Positions 26,766 to 35,943 are shown, counted from the first letter of the stretch. The stretch is DNA of 64,000 bases from Patescibacteria group bacterium (GCA_038065095.1 JBBTRR010000001.1:29652-93651), one strand, 5' to 3'. Program-made: numbers and translations. Notes: generated by a model not told the origin, from the letters alone.

Positions 26766-28279
26766 ATATATTTAATTCTTTTACGAGCCACTTCACAGTA
26801 TTTATTAAATAACTCACTTCCTATATACTTTCTACCACTAAGAACAGCCATTTTGGCGGTGGTGCCACTACCCATAAATGGGTCGTATACAACATCACCT
26901 TCTTTACTCCAAGAGACTATATGGTCTTCTGCTAGTTTTTCAGGGAAGATAGCTGGGTGTTCGTATGCAAAATTATCGCTTGCCGAGTGTCCTTTTCCGA
27001 TATAATACTCCCAGACGTTTGTTCTCCTACCAAACTTTTCATAACCACTTCTAGCTCTCTTAGATAAAGTCCCATCATAAAGTCGTTTAGTACCACTATC
27101 ACCGGATCTTGCCTCTATATTTTCTCTATCTTTTATAAGGTTTATTGTTTTTGGTGTTCCTTTGCTAAATACAAACATGTATTCAAAGGTTTGCCAATAG
27201 GTTTTATTATTGCCAACCGCTCCGCGTGGTGGTTTTAAGTAAATCATTGTATCAAATAAATTAAAACCAATTTCTTTGAAATACAAGGCATGCTTAAGGG
27301 ATGTACCGCTTTCATTTCCTTTTTTTGTTTGGTCAGCAATAACCCACACAACGACCCCACCTTTTTTAGTAATGCGATATAACTCTTTAACTATCTGCTC
27401 AAATTCATTAAAGGTGTTACCATTATATTTTCGCATATCGTCATAAGGAGGAGAGGTTACTGTCATGTCAATAAAATTGTCTGGCATTCTAGACATTGTG
27501 TCTAAACAATTTTCATTGTAGATAGTATTCAGATTAACACCTTCTTTTTTTATTTCGAGCGAAGTGTTTTCCATTATTTCTGCCGTATCTCTATAAATTA
27601 CTTGGTTTTTAGGAAGTGCTTCGTATTTTACACCTCTTATTTTAAAAGGTGATGTATATGAAGAACTTTTAGTATAATTTTCGTTCTTTATAACATCAAT
27701 TAAAGTTCCTTGAATCGCAAAATCTTGATTTTTTTTAACTATTATTGGCTCCATATTTTTATTGGCGGGTTGTAATCGTATATGGTTTTTTTCTTTAAAA
27801 AAAGTTTTCAAAGTTGCTTCGCGGTTATCTATTAATGCGACTACCTTTTCTCCGTTTTTGGCTGTATTTTGTTCTTTAATTAAAACAATATCACCGCTAT
27901 TTATTTTTTCTTCAACCATACTGTTACCTCTTACCCTCAAGGCATAGATATTTCCAGAATTAGGCAATTTATTTTTCGGAACCATAATTGTTTCTTTTTC
28001 CTCTATGGCTTCAATTGGTTCACCAGCCGCGATTATGCCCAATAAGGGAATTTTTACAAAATTATCATATATAGGTATTTCTATATTTCTTTTTTGATGT
28101 TTTTCTTTGTTTATATATCCTTTGTTTGTAAGAGCTTCTAAGTGTTGGCTTATAGTGGCTGAAGAAGTGAGCTTAAAATGCTTCCCAATTTCCTTATGAG
28201 AAGGGGCGTAGCCTTTTTTATTACTATATTTAGTTACAAAATCAAGGATTTGTTTTTGTCTTGGAGTTAAGTTTCTCAT
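26762..28279 (-). CDS. LexA (wHTH + S24 peptidase) fused to beta-class DNA methyltransferase (SPPY ... FxGxG)
   Basis: N-terminus aligns with E. coli LexA along its length: LTPRQKQILDFV, GYAPSHKEIGKHF, cleavage site IAAGEP, Ser motif RGNSM, Lys motif ATLKTF, RLQPAN. C-terminus carries DMTVTSPPYDD and then VVYDPFMGSGTTAKM. Confidence 0.8.
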   Translation of the reverse strand: MRNLTPRQKQILDFVTKYSNKKGYAPSHKEIGKHFKLTSSATISQHLEALTNKGYINKEKHQKRNIEIPIYDNFVKIPLLGIIAAGEPIEAIEEKETIMVPKNKLPNSGNIYALRVRGNSMVEEKINSGDIVLIKEQNTAKNGEKVVALIDNREATLKTFFKEKNHIRLQPANKNMEPIIVKKNQDFAIQGTLIDVIKNENYTKSSSYTSPFKIRGVKYEALPKNQVIYRDTAEIMENTSLEIKKEGVNLNTIYNENCLDTMSRMPDNFIDMTVTSPPYDDMRKYNGNTFNEFEQIVKELYRITKKGGVVVWVIADQTKKGNESGTSLKHALYFKEIGFNLFDTMIYLKPPRGAVGNNKTYWQTFEYMFVFSKGTPKTINLIKDRENIEARSGDSGTKRLYDGTLSKRARSGYEKFGRRTNVWEYYIGKGHSASDNFAYEHPAIFPEKLAEDHIVSWSKEGDVVYDPFMGSGTTAKMAVLSGRKYIGSELFNKYCEVARKRIKYI

Positions 28280-28390
28280 TACTTAATTATACCGAAAATT
28301 AACCGAAAGTTATCCACAGATAAATCACAGCTCATTATAAAGTTTTTATTGCAGTAACATTGGCGAATTGATAGTATCATTATAAATATT

Positions 28391-28672
28391 ATGGATAAAA
28401 AAATGTTAAAATCAATCAGTGTGTTTGTTAAATTTGATCTGGTTCTTGAGCCAATTACTGGGCAAACAGAAATGAAAATTATAGTGAGCGAGGGTGCGCC
28501 GTTTATTTTTCTTTTACATAGTATTTTTACTTCTTACCCCGAGATTCAAAGAAGATATCCTCCGGGCAAACTAACCATGGCGCTAAATGGTTGCCGACCG
28601 ACAGAACACGAATTCCTTCAGGACGGAGATATAGTAAGTTTCTCCATACAAAGCTACCTATTTAATAATTAG
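28391..28672 (+). CDS. hypothetical small protein (possible beta-grasp fold)
   Basis: 93-aa ORF. The LNG...DGDIVSF pattern is reminiscent of MoaD/ThiS but lacks C-terminal GG. Confidence 0.25.
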   Translation: MDKKMLKSISVFVKFDLVLEPITGQTEMKIIVSEGAPFIFLLHSIFTSYPEIQRRYPPGKLTMALNGCRPTEHEFLQDGDIVSFSIQSYLFNN

Positions 28673-28704
28673 CAAGGACAGTCCTTGCTAGGGCTTGAAT
28701 TCAT

Positions 28705-28968
28705 ATGCCACGAATTACATCTGTAACTGTTGAATGCAAATGCGGGCAGGAGATTTTTAAATATCAAAAAGCTGGCACTGGCCGGTTAGTTAAATGTTTT
28801 CTTGGCAGAATTTTAGAAGACTATATTTCTTTGCCAAAACACTTGCCCACTGGAGTAAGTGTTTTGTGTTCTAAGTGCGGCGAAAGAGTGGGTACTATAC
28901 AATTAATTCATGGTGCACCAGCTGTAAAATTAAACCAAGGTCAAATCCAATCCATCCGCATCGGTTAA
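28705..28968 (+). CDS. hypothetical Zn-ribbon protein
   Basis: CKCG ... CSKCG cysteine pairs. 87 aa. Confidence 0.3.
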   Translation: MPRITSVTVECKCGQEIFKYQKAGTGRLVKCFLGRILEDYISLPKHLPTGVSVLCSKCGERVGTIQLIHGAPAVKLNQGQIQSIRIG

Positions 28969-29004
28969 CAACATTCTCACATTCTGCAGAATATGAGAAT
29001 GTTG
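28969..29004. repeat. 36-nt near-perfect palindrome with CATTCTGCAGAATG core
   Basis: CAACATTCTCACATTCTGCAGAATATGAGAATGTTG (1 mismatch), 32 nt upstream of the ArsR-family gene. Confidence 0.6.
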
Positions 29005-29036
29005 TGCGTAGGGGGATGGAGGATTAAAATATAACT

Positions 29037-29315
29037 ATGAGCAGAAAAGCCAAAACCGCAAAACAACTAGAAAGGCATTTTAAAGGGATTTCTAATCACC
29101 GTAGAATTGAGATTTTATGTTTGATCGCTAAGGTAGATAAAATTAGTTTAGACGACATTGCTGAAAATTTAGATTGCAATATAAAAACAATTTCGGAGCA
29201 CACCAGAAAACTGGTTCAGGCGGGTTTAGTAAATAAAAAATACCAAGGCAGATTAGTGGAACACTCTCTTTCACCTTACGGACATATTCTTCATAAGTTT
29301 ATTAAATCATTCTGA
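29037..29315 (+). CDS. ArsR/SmtB-family HTH transcriptional regulator
   Basis: RRIEILCLIA...ISLDDIAENLDCNIKTISEHTRKLVQAGLV. Confidence 0.7.
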   Translation: MSRKAKTAKQLERHFKGISNHRRIEILCLIAKVDKISLDDIAENLDCNIKTISEHTRKLVQAGLVNKKYQGRLVEHSLSPYGHILHKFIKSF

Positions 29316-29337
29316 CATTCTGCAGAATGTCAGAATG
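29308..29337. repeat. 30-nt perfect palindrome with the same CATTCTGCAGAATG core
   Basis: CATTCTGACATTCTGCAGAATGTCAGAATG. It overlaps the ArsR stop codon and precedes the DUF45 gene. Confidence 0.6.
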
Positions 29338-29343
29338 TGCTAA

Positions 29344-29889
29344 ATGAACAGCATTAAATACACTCTAAAATTAAGTAAGAAAGCGAGAAGGTTAAGGCTC
29401 GCTATTTATTGCGATGGTGCGGTGGTGTTAACCGCGCCGCATTCAGCGAGCGAAAATTTTATAAACCAATTTGTTGCTAAAAATACAGAATGGATTTTAA
29501 AAAAGCTTAAGGACTTTGCGCCCAGGGCGCACCAGCCTCGGGCTGGTAAACTTAGTAGTCGTAAATTATATATTAAACATAAAGACGAAGCTTTGGTGTT
29601 AGCTCAAAACCGAGTTAATTATTTTAATCAGTTTTATGGTTTTAAATTTAATAAAATAAATATTCGAAATCAGAAAACTCGCTGGGGTAGTTGTTCTAAA
29701 AAAGGCAATTTAAATTTTAATTATAAAATAGCGCTTTTACCTGCATACGCAGCCGATTATATTATTGTTCACGAACTTTGCCACTTGAGCGAATTTAACC
29801 ACTCGCGTAATTTTTGGAATTTGGTAGCTAAAACAATTCCTAATTATTTAGCCATAAGAAAAGAATTAAAACGCGGTGGTATATGTTAA
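29344..29889 (+). CDS. YgjP/DUF45-family metal-dependent hydrolase (HExxH)
   Basis: RWGSCSKKGNLNFN, ADYIIVHELCHLSEFNHSRNFWNLV. Confidence 0.7.
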   Translation: MNSIKYTLKLSKKARRLRLAIYCDGAVVLTAPHSASENFINQFVAKNTEWILKKLKDFAPRAHQPRAGKLSSRKLYIKHKDEALVLAQNRVNYFNQFYGFKFNKINIRNQKTRWGSCSKKGNLNFNYKIALLPAYAADYIIVHELCHLSEFNHSRNFWNLVAKTIPNYLAIRKELKRGGIC

Positions 29890-29900
29890 AATAAATTTGT

Positions 29901-30155
29901 ATGATAGATAGAATCAAAAAAACTCAATCAGAAATAAGGCAAGAAATTAGGGAAAAAACTTTAGGCTATATTGTAACTGCATTAGGTTTGGTGGTGGGTT
30001 TGGCTTGGAATGATGCCATAAAGGCTTTTATTGAATATTCTTTTCCTTTAACCAAAGACACAATACAAGCAAAATTTGTTTATGCTGGTGTAATAACGGT
30101 TATGATCGGGCTTATCACTTATATTTTGTCTAAGTTATTAGGAAGCAAAAAATAA
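29901..30155 (+). CDS. small hypothetical membrane protein
   Basis: 84-aa ORF with two TM segments. Confidence 0.3.
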   Translation: MIDRIKKTQSEIRQEIREKTLGYIVTALGLVVGLAWNDAIKAFIEYSFPLTKDTIQAKFVYAGVITVMIGLITYILSKLLGSKK

Positions 30156-30332
30156 AAGGTCGGTTAATAACAAATAAAAAATCTTTTATTATGGCAGTAG
30201 TTAAATTAAATAAAAACAAAACAGGTTTAACATTAGGTTTGTTTTTGGGTTTGATGCATACAGTGTGGTCGCTTATGTAATGGGTTTTGTGTTTGCTTTT
30301 GTTTGGAACAAAGGTCATGGCCGAGATTAGTT

Positions 30333-31943
30333 TTATTTAAGCGAGAATTTATAAACTTTAAAAGCCGGAATATTGTTTGCTCCATAACCGGTAATTTCTA
30401 TTGCCGGTTTTTGGTTGTTTTTTTGCAAAAGTAATTCTACATTTTTGGCGTATTCGGTTGGAGTAGTTTGTTTTAGTGGTGCGGCTTCTTCAGCTTTAAC
30501 AAAGTAGAGTGTAAAATCTTTAAAAGCCGAGATACCGTTTTTTTGTATAATATTTTCAAAGTTACTTGCCGTCATAACTGGTATGCCGTGGTAATACTGT
30601 CTACGACTAAAAAGCCAAAGGGATGATTGTAAAGCAATGTTATCGTCATAAATTATACCAGTTGGTGCGAGTGTGGTTGGATATTTTTCTGCATATTTTT
30701 GAATAACGGCATTCAAGTATGGGTTAGGGTGTACAGGTAAACTTGTTGGGCGGTTGTCGTTAAAAACAGAATCGAAATATTTATCTAGTTTTACTACCCC
30801 ATAATCTGGGCGCAAAAAAGCATAATTATATAGTTCGCCAATTATAATTGAAAACAAAATAATTCCAATACTTAAAAATTTATACGGTTTTTGCCATAAA
30901 AATAAAATAACTGCGGTTATAAAAAATATGGTAGGAATTATTAATAAAGAAACAAACCTAATAGCCGAGCCTGCTTCAACTAAAAGCAGAATTATAAAAA
31001 ACAGAGCAATTAGTATGAGTGCAAGTTCTTTTTTATATTTTAAAATTACTAAAATTAAACCAATTAAAACCATTGTTAGAAATGGTGTAGAAAATATTGC
31101 CGGAACATTTTCACCAATTTTAGAGAAAGGATCTTGGGTTTTACCTCCAAAAGCACTAACCGGCCAAGGTGTTTTTTGTTTTAGCACGTAGGCCAGTTGC
31201 AAATCAAAATGCCCAAAAGTTTTATACGAATAGATATTATAAACAATAACCGGCGAGAAGATTATTATAGCTAAAACTAAAGCCAAGTATATTTTTGAGT
31301 TTTTAAATAAATCGCGCCTAAAAATTAAAAGGTATACAAGATAGGTTGGTATTAAAAATATGGCAATATATTTAGTTAACATAGCTAGGCCGAAGGTTAA
31401 GCCAAAATGCCACCAATATTTTTTGTTATTTAGAAAACTTAAAAAGTAATAAATATTTAAGAGTATAAAAAAGAATAAAACCGATTCCATCATAGCCATA
31501 CGCGAAAGCGAAACATGGGCAAAACTGATGGCTGAAATAAAAGCCGAAATTAAACCAGCTTCTTCTTTTTTAAAAAGTTTTTTACCTATTAAATAAATTA
31601 AATAAACAAAACCAATACCAAAAATTGCCGAAGGCAAACGTGAGACAAAAAGTGAATTGCCAAATAAATTAAAAAATATTTTTTGAACTAAAAAAAATAG
31701 GGGCGGATGATCGTGAAAGGAAAGATTGAGCCATTTAGGCAAAATTGACCCCTCGACTGCGCTCGGGGCAAACCACTGAATAGGTGTGGTTTGGTAAGGG
31801 CTTTCCAAATAATCCAACCAACCGATAGAACGAAAAGAATAAAAAGACTCGTCAAAAACGAGTTCGGCCGAGCCTAAACCCCACAAGCGCAAAATGCCAG
31901 CTAGGGCCACAATTGCTATTATGATTGTTCTGTTTTTGGTCAT
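30333..31943 (-). CDS. GT-C family glycosyltransferase (ArnT/PMT-like, GT39/GT83)
   Basis: N-terminal ELVFDESFYSF DE-motif, >10 TM segments, C-terminal soluble domain. Confidence 0.7.
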   Translation of the reverse strand: MTKNRTIIIAIVALAGILRLWGLGSAELVFDESFYSFRSIGWLDYLESPYQTTPIQWFAPSAVEGSILPKWLNLSFHDHPPLFFLVQKIFFNLFGNSLFVSRLPSAIFGIGFVYLIYLIGKKLFKKEEAGLISAFISAISFAHVSLSRMAMMESVLFFFILLNIYYFLSFLNNKKYWWHFGLTFGLAMLTKYIAIFLIPTYLVYLLIFRRDLFKNSKIYLALVLAIIIFSPVIVYNIYSYKTFGHFDLQLAYVLKQKTPWPVSAFGGKTQDPFSKIGENVPAIFSTPFLTMVLIGLILVILKYKKELALILIALFFIILLLVEAGSAIRFVSLLIIPTIFFITAVILFLWQKPYKFLSIGIILFSIIIGELYNYAFLRPDYGVVKLDKYFDSVFNDNRPTSLPVHPNPYLNAVIQKYAEKYPTTLAPTGIIYDDNIALQSSLWLFSRRQYYHGIPVMTASNFENIIQKNGISAFKDFTLYFVKAEEAAPLKQTTPTEYAKNVELLLQKNNQKPAIEITGYGANNIPAFKVYKFSLK

Positions 31944-32127
31944 TTTGTAAATTATATCTAATTACGACATTTCATGATAATAAATTCTGGCTACCATTCG
32001 CTCGCCCAGCGAGCTTGCTCATTGGTACTGCTCACTCGCTCTTCCCGTAAAACGGGAAACCATGCCCGCTCGTTCGCAGAACCGCGCCAGAACTTATTAT
32101 CCCTTTATTCTTATTAAGGAAAAGACG

Positions 32128-32249
32128 GAACATTATTCCGAGCAGCATCCCGCCAGAGGCGGGCAAGTATGGAGTTTACCTGCCGATGAGGCAGGAAGAC
32201 TATTTATATAATAAAGAGGCTCCATATCGTCTGCGAGGGGTAATGTTCC
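32128..32249 (-). repeat. hairpin repeat HR, subtype 2 long form, copy C (inverted orientation)
   Basis: Reverse complement reads GGAACATTACCCCTCGCAGACGATATGGAGCCTCTTTATTATATAAATAGTCTTCCTGCCTCATCGGCAGGTAAACTCCATACTTGCCCGCCTCTGGCGGGATGCTGCTCGGAATAATGTTC. Matches copy A with compensatory stem changes. Confidence 0.7.
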
Positions 32250-32279
32250 GCTTGGTAATCTGTTATACTTTTAACGTTT

Positions 32280-32831
32280 ATGAAATCTATAGAAGGTATT
32301 ATTTTAAAAAATTCGCCACGGCACGAAGCCGACGCTGTTTTTACGCTTTATACCAAAGAACACGGCTTAATGGAACTGCAAGCAAAAAGCGTACGCAAAC
32401 ATTCGGGTAAACTTCGGCATGGCTTAGATATGTTTAATCATGCCGAAGTGTTTTTTGTACCTTCAAAATATATGCCAATAATTACAGATTTTAAAGTTAA
32501 AGATTCTAATTTAATTTTAAAAAACGATTTATACCGTTTAAAGTTAGCTCACTTTGTGGTTCAAATAATATTTAGAATTTTTGAACCAGGTATGGGCGAA
32601 GCCAAAGTTTGGGAAAAAACTTCCGACTTTTTTTCTATTTTAAATAATAAGCATGCCACTAGAGATGGATTAAAGGAATCGGCTTACCTTTGGTGCTACT
32701 ATATTTTAGATTCAAACGGCTTAAATCCTAGAGCACCCGATTTTAAATTAGAAGACTCTGGCTTACTTAGAACAAGGATCAAATATCTGTTCCTCCATAA
32801 TTTTGGGGTTAATTTAGACAAGCTGATATAA
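32280..32831 (+). CDS. recO: RecO N-terminal domain-like DNA repair protein (short form)
   Basis: EGIILKNSPRHEADAVFTLYTKEHGLMELQAKSVRKHSGKL...FNHAEV pattern resembles the RecO OB-fold N-terminus. No Zn-finger found. Confidence 0.45.
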   Translation: MKSIEGIILKNSPRHEADAVFTLYTKEHGLMELQAKSVRKHSGKLRHGLDMFNHAEVFFVPSKYMPIITDFKVKDSNLILKNDLYRLKLAHFVVQIIFRIFEPGMGEAKVWEKTSDFFSILNNKHATRDGLKESAYLWCYYILDSNGLNPRAPDFKLEDSGLLRTRIKYLFLHNFGVNLDKLI

Positions 32832-34223
32832 TTGTTACATATGCCAGACAATTTAGAAGAGCTACAAAAAAAGCTTTATACAGAACAAAAACCGATTTTA
32901 CCGCCAGTCGAAGTTGAAGTTGTAAAAAAAGAAGTTGTTGCTCCACTGCCATTAACAGAAGATGTGGCACCTTCGCCAGCTATTTGGAAAAGAATATTTT
33001 TAGGTGCGGGTTTTTTCTTTTTAATTGCAGTAACCGTGGCGGTCTATGTTTTTTTTCGTGGCTTTTATGCTTTTAGAAAAGATAGAGTAGAAATTAAATT
33101 AAGCGCGCCTGCCGAAGTTAGTGCGGGCGAGACTGTAGTTTGGAAATTAAGACTGGTTAATAAAAATGAAACCGAATTAAAAGATGGAGTTTTAACTTTT
33201 CAATTTCCAGATTTTTCCCAACCCGTAATTGAAACTGCCGAAGCTGATCAATTTAAACAAAGTGTTTTAAAGCAAACAATTTCTATTCCAGAATTAAAAC
33301 CTAGCGGTTTATATGAAAGAGAATTTAAAGCCGTTGTTTTTGGTGGTGATAATTTTGAAAGAAAAGCTCAAGCAGTTTTTAATTTTAAACCTTCAGCCGG
33401 CACCATTGTTTTTCAATCTATTGCTACTGCAGTCACAAAAATTTCTTCTTTTCCAATAAATTTAAACATAGAATCTTCGGCCGAAACAATTTCGGGCGAA
33501 AATGTGGAAGTTAAATTTAAATTAAAAAACGAAGGTGAAGTCGCTTTTACTAATTTAAGATTACGTTTGGAATCGCCGGCTGGTTTTAGATTAACAGAGT
33601 CTTCCGAAAAACTTGCCGAATTTAACAATGTTTGGCGCCTAGATTCTATTTTACCTCAAGAAGAAAAAGTTTTAGTTATTAAAGGACTGGTTACCGGTAT
33701 AGAAGGCGAAGGCAAAGTGTTTAGAGTTTTTGTTGAAGGTTCGGAAGGTACAAGTTGGAAAACATATAAGGAATCTAGTGGTACAGTAAAACTTGTTATG
33801 GTGCCTCTGGCTTTATTTGTGGGTACTAATCTAGATGGCATAACTTCGGCACGGGCGGGCGAGACGATTACATATAAAATTAGTTATCAAAATAATTTAG
33901 ATATCCCGCTGGCTAATTTAACTTTAAAAATTAAATTTGAGGGTGATGGTTTTAATTTAACTTCGGTACAGCCAAGTATTGGTTTAGATTCTGCTTCTAA
34001 AACAATAATCTTAAATCGTGATAATTCCGCCGATCTTTTTGGCATAGAACCGCAAGAAAAAAAAGAAATAACTTTAAAAATTAAAGTAAAAGATAATGCT
34101 ACTGGCGGTGCTAAATTACCTGTTACAGCCATAATAGAATCCACCACTAAACCAGAAGGATTATCTGTTTCTAAAATTTTTTCTAGTCAAAATTTGACCT
34201 TAGAAGTAAAAAGTGGAGAATAA
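32832..34223 (+). CDS. membrane-anchored protein with repeated beta-sandwich (DUF11/CARDB-like) domains
   Basis: N-terminal TM after a ~55-aa cytoplasmic tail. Repeated ~100-aa T/S/E-rich beta-strand modules. Confidence 0.35.
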   Translation: MLHMPDNLEELQKKLYTEQKPILPPVEVEVVKKEVVAPLPLTEDVAPSPAIWKRIFLGAGFFFLIAVTVAVYVFFRGFYAFRKDRVEIKLSAPAEVSAGETVVWKLRLVNKNETELKDGVLTFQFPDFSQPVIETAEADQFKQSVLKQTISIPELKPSGLYEREFKAVVFGGDNFERKAQAVFNFKPSAGTIVFQSIATAVTKISSFPINLNIESSAETISGENVEVKFKLKNEGEVAFTNLRLRLESPAGFRLTESSEKLAEFNNVWRLDSILPQEEKVLVIKGLVTGIEGEGKVFRVFVEGSEGTSWKTYKESSGTVKLVMVPLALFVGTNLDGITSARAGETITYKISYQNNLDIPLANLTLKIKFEGDGFNLTSVQPSIGLDSASKTIILNRDNSADLFGIEPQEKKEITLKIKVKDNATGGAKLPVTAIIESTTKPEGLSVSKIFSSQNLTLEVKSGE

Positions 34224-34259
34224 GAAGTAAGTTCTTTTACAAATTCAAAGGAGACTAAG

Positions 34260-34568
34260 ATGATAAAAATATCTGAACGTCCAAATGTTTGTATTTTATG
34301 TGAAGTGAAGTGTCCAGTTTGTGGAAATTTTAAAAAACCAATTGATACTAGGTTAATTGAGGTTTGTTATACTGGGGCAGATGGTAGCTTGACTGGTTGG
34401 GCCGTTATTACTAATTGTTGTCAAGCTATTCTCTTTAAGTCTTATTCATTTAGTGGTGTACTTAATTTGTTAGCTATTAGCAATAGTCATTCTTCACATA
34501 TAAAGATAGTTAGGCCACCCTCGGTTCTGATTGAAGTTCTTGAAATTAAGGAACCTGCACCCAATTAA
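34260..34568 (+). CDS. hypothetical Cys-rich small protein
   Basis: AAAGGAGACTAAG-ATG RBS. CILCEVKCPVCG and NCCQ motifs. Confidence 0.3.
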   Translation: MIKISERPNVCILCEVKCPVCGNFKKPIDTRLIEVCYTGADGSLTGWAVITNCCQAILFKSYSFSGVLNLLAISNSHSSHIKIVRPPSVLIEVLEIKEPAPN

Positions 34569-34569
34569 T

Positions 34570-34605
34570 ATCCGTTCCGATTGCGCATCGGGCGGATTTT
34601 ATTTT
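34570..34605 (+). terminator. intrinsic terminator
   Basis: ATCCGTTCCGAT-TGCGC-ATCGGGCGGAT followed by TTTTATTTT. Confidence 0.55.
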
Positions 34606-34638
34606 GCTCGTAAGCTTTCAAATTGGTATAGTATTCTA

Positions 34639-35943
34639 ATGACAGATTCAATAGATAAAATAGTTTCTTTATGTAAGCGCCGAGGGTTTGTTTACCCGGG
34701 TAGCGAAATTTATGGTGGCTTAGCCAACAGTTGGGATTATGGCCCATTGGGCGCGGAATTAAAAAACAATATAAAACAGTTGTGGTGGAAGAAGTTTGTG
34801 CATGGTCGTGATGATGTAGTTGGTATAGATGCGGCTTTAATAATGAATCCAAAAGTTTGGGAAGCTTCGGGGCACGTGGCAACTTTTAGCGACCCTTTGG
34901 TTGAATGTATTAAATGCCATTCTCGTTTTAGAGCAGATCAGTTTAATGGAACATGTGAACAATGTGGTGGTAAAAAATTTAGCGAAGCCAAACAGTTTAA
35001 TTTAATGTTAAAAACTTTTCTGGGGCCAGTAGAAAATTCTGATAGTGTTGTTTATTTTCGCCCTGAAACTGCCCAAGCTATGTTTGTAGATTTTAAAAAT
35101 GTTTTAGATACTTCGCGTAAAACTATTCCATTTGGTATTGCTCAAATTGGTAAAGCTTTTAGAAACGAGATTACCCCAGGGAACTTTATTTTTAGAACGC
35201 GCGAATTTGAACAAATGGAAATAGAGTATTTTATTAAAAAAGATACTTGGCAAGAAAACTTTGAACATTGGCGAAAAGAAATGCTAGGTTGGATGGAAGA
35301 TGTTGGTATAGATTTAAAACATGTGCACGAAATAGAAATTCCTGCCGAAGACAGGGCTCATTATTCTAAGCGCACCATAGATTTTGAATTTGATTTTCCT
35401 TTTGGCCGAAAAGAACTTTATGGTTTGGCTTACCGAACAGATTTTGATTTAAAAAATCACGAAAACGCATCTGGCCAAAACTTAAAATATCGCGAACAGG
35501 GAGACGGTACATCCAGCGGAGAAGAATACTGGCCACATGTTATAGAACCAACGTGGGGTGTAGATAGGTCGTTGCTTGCAGTGCTATGTAGTGCTTACGA
35601 TGATACCGATGCTAGTCGCACTGTCTTAAAACTAAATCCAAAAATAGCGCCATATAAAGTTGCAGTATTTCCTTTAATGAAAAATAAACCAGAGCTTGTG
35701 GAAGCGGCTAGAAAGGTTTATACCGGTTTAAAAAAAGAATTTGTGGTGGCGTGGGATGACAGAGGTAATGTGGGTAAGCGTTATTATAGCCAAGATGAAA
35801 TTGGCACACCTTATTGTATAACTGTAGATTTTCAAACTTTGGAAGATGAAACCGTAACAATCCGCGATAGAGATACTACTACACAGGAAAGAATAAAAAT
35901 TTCGGAATTAACAAATTATCTGTCAAACAAAATTTATAGATAA
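34639..35943 (+). CDS. glyS: glycyl-tRNA synthetase (class II, dimeric archaeal/eukaryote-like type)
   Basis: YGGLANSWDYGPLG, FRNEITPGNFIFRTREFEQME. Start at MTDSIDK; the ORF-track N-terminal extension is spurious. Confidence 0.85.
   Translation: MTDSIDKIVSLCKRRGFVYPGSEIYGGLANSWDYGPLGAELKNNIKQLWWKKFVHGRDDVVGIDAALIMNPKVWEASGHVATFSDPLVECIKCHSRFRADQFNGTCEQCGGKKFSEAKQFNLMLKTFLGPVENSDSVVYFRPETAQAMFVDFKNVLDTSRKTIPFGIAQIGKAFRNEITPGNFIFRTREFEQMEIEYFIKKDTWQENFEHWRKEMLGWMEDVGIDLKHVHEIEIPAEDRAHYSKRTIDFEFDFPFGRKELYGLAYRTDFDLKNHENASGQNLKYREQGDGTSSGEEYWPHVIEPTWGVDRSLLAVLCSAYDDTDASRTVLKLNPKIAPYKVAVFPLMKNKPELVEAARKVYTGLKKEFVVAWDDRGNVGKRYYSQDEIGTPYCITVDFQTLEDETVTIRDRDTTTQERIKISELTNYLSNKIYR

Noticed and set aside
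28280-28340. Canonical LexA (SOS) box upstream of the LexA-MTase gene.
   Set aside because: Neither CTGT-N8-ACAG nor CGAAC-N4-GTTCG palindromes are present. Only the TTTCGGT direct repeats were found, reported as a candidate operator.
32186-32410. 74-aa plus-strand ORF upstream of recO.
   Set aside because: It overlaps the inverted hairpin-repeat copy C and a hairpin-dense intergenic region. There is no RBS, and it starts inside the repeat.
34224-34638. T-box leader or attenuator upstream of glyS.
   Set aside because: No AANNNGGGTGGNACCGCG T-box sequence on the sense strand. The hairpin and T-run at 34570-34605 are better explained as the terminator of the small Cys-rich ORF at 34260-34568.
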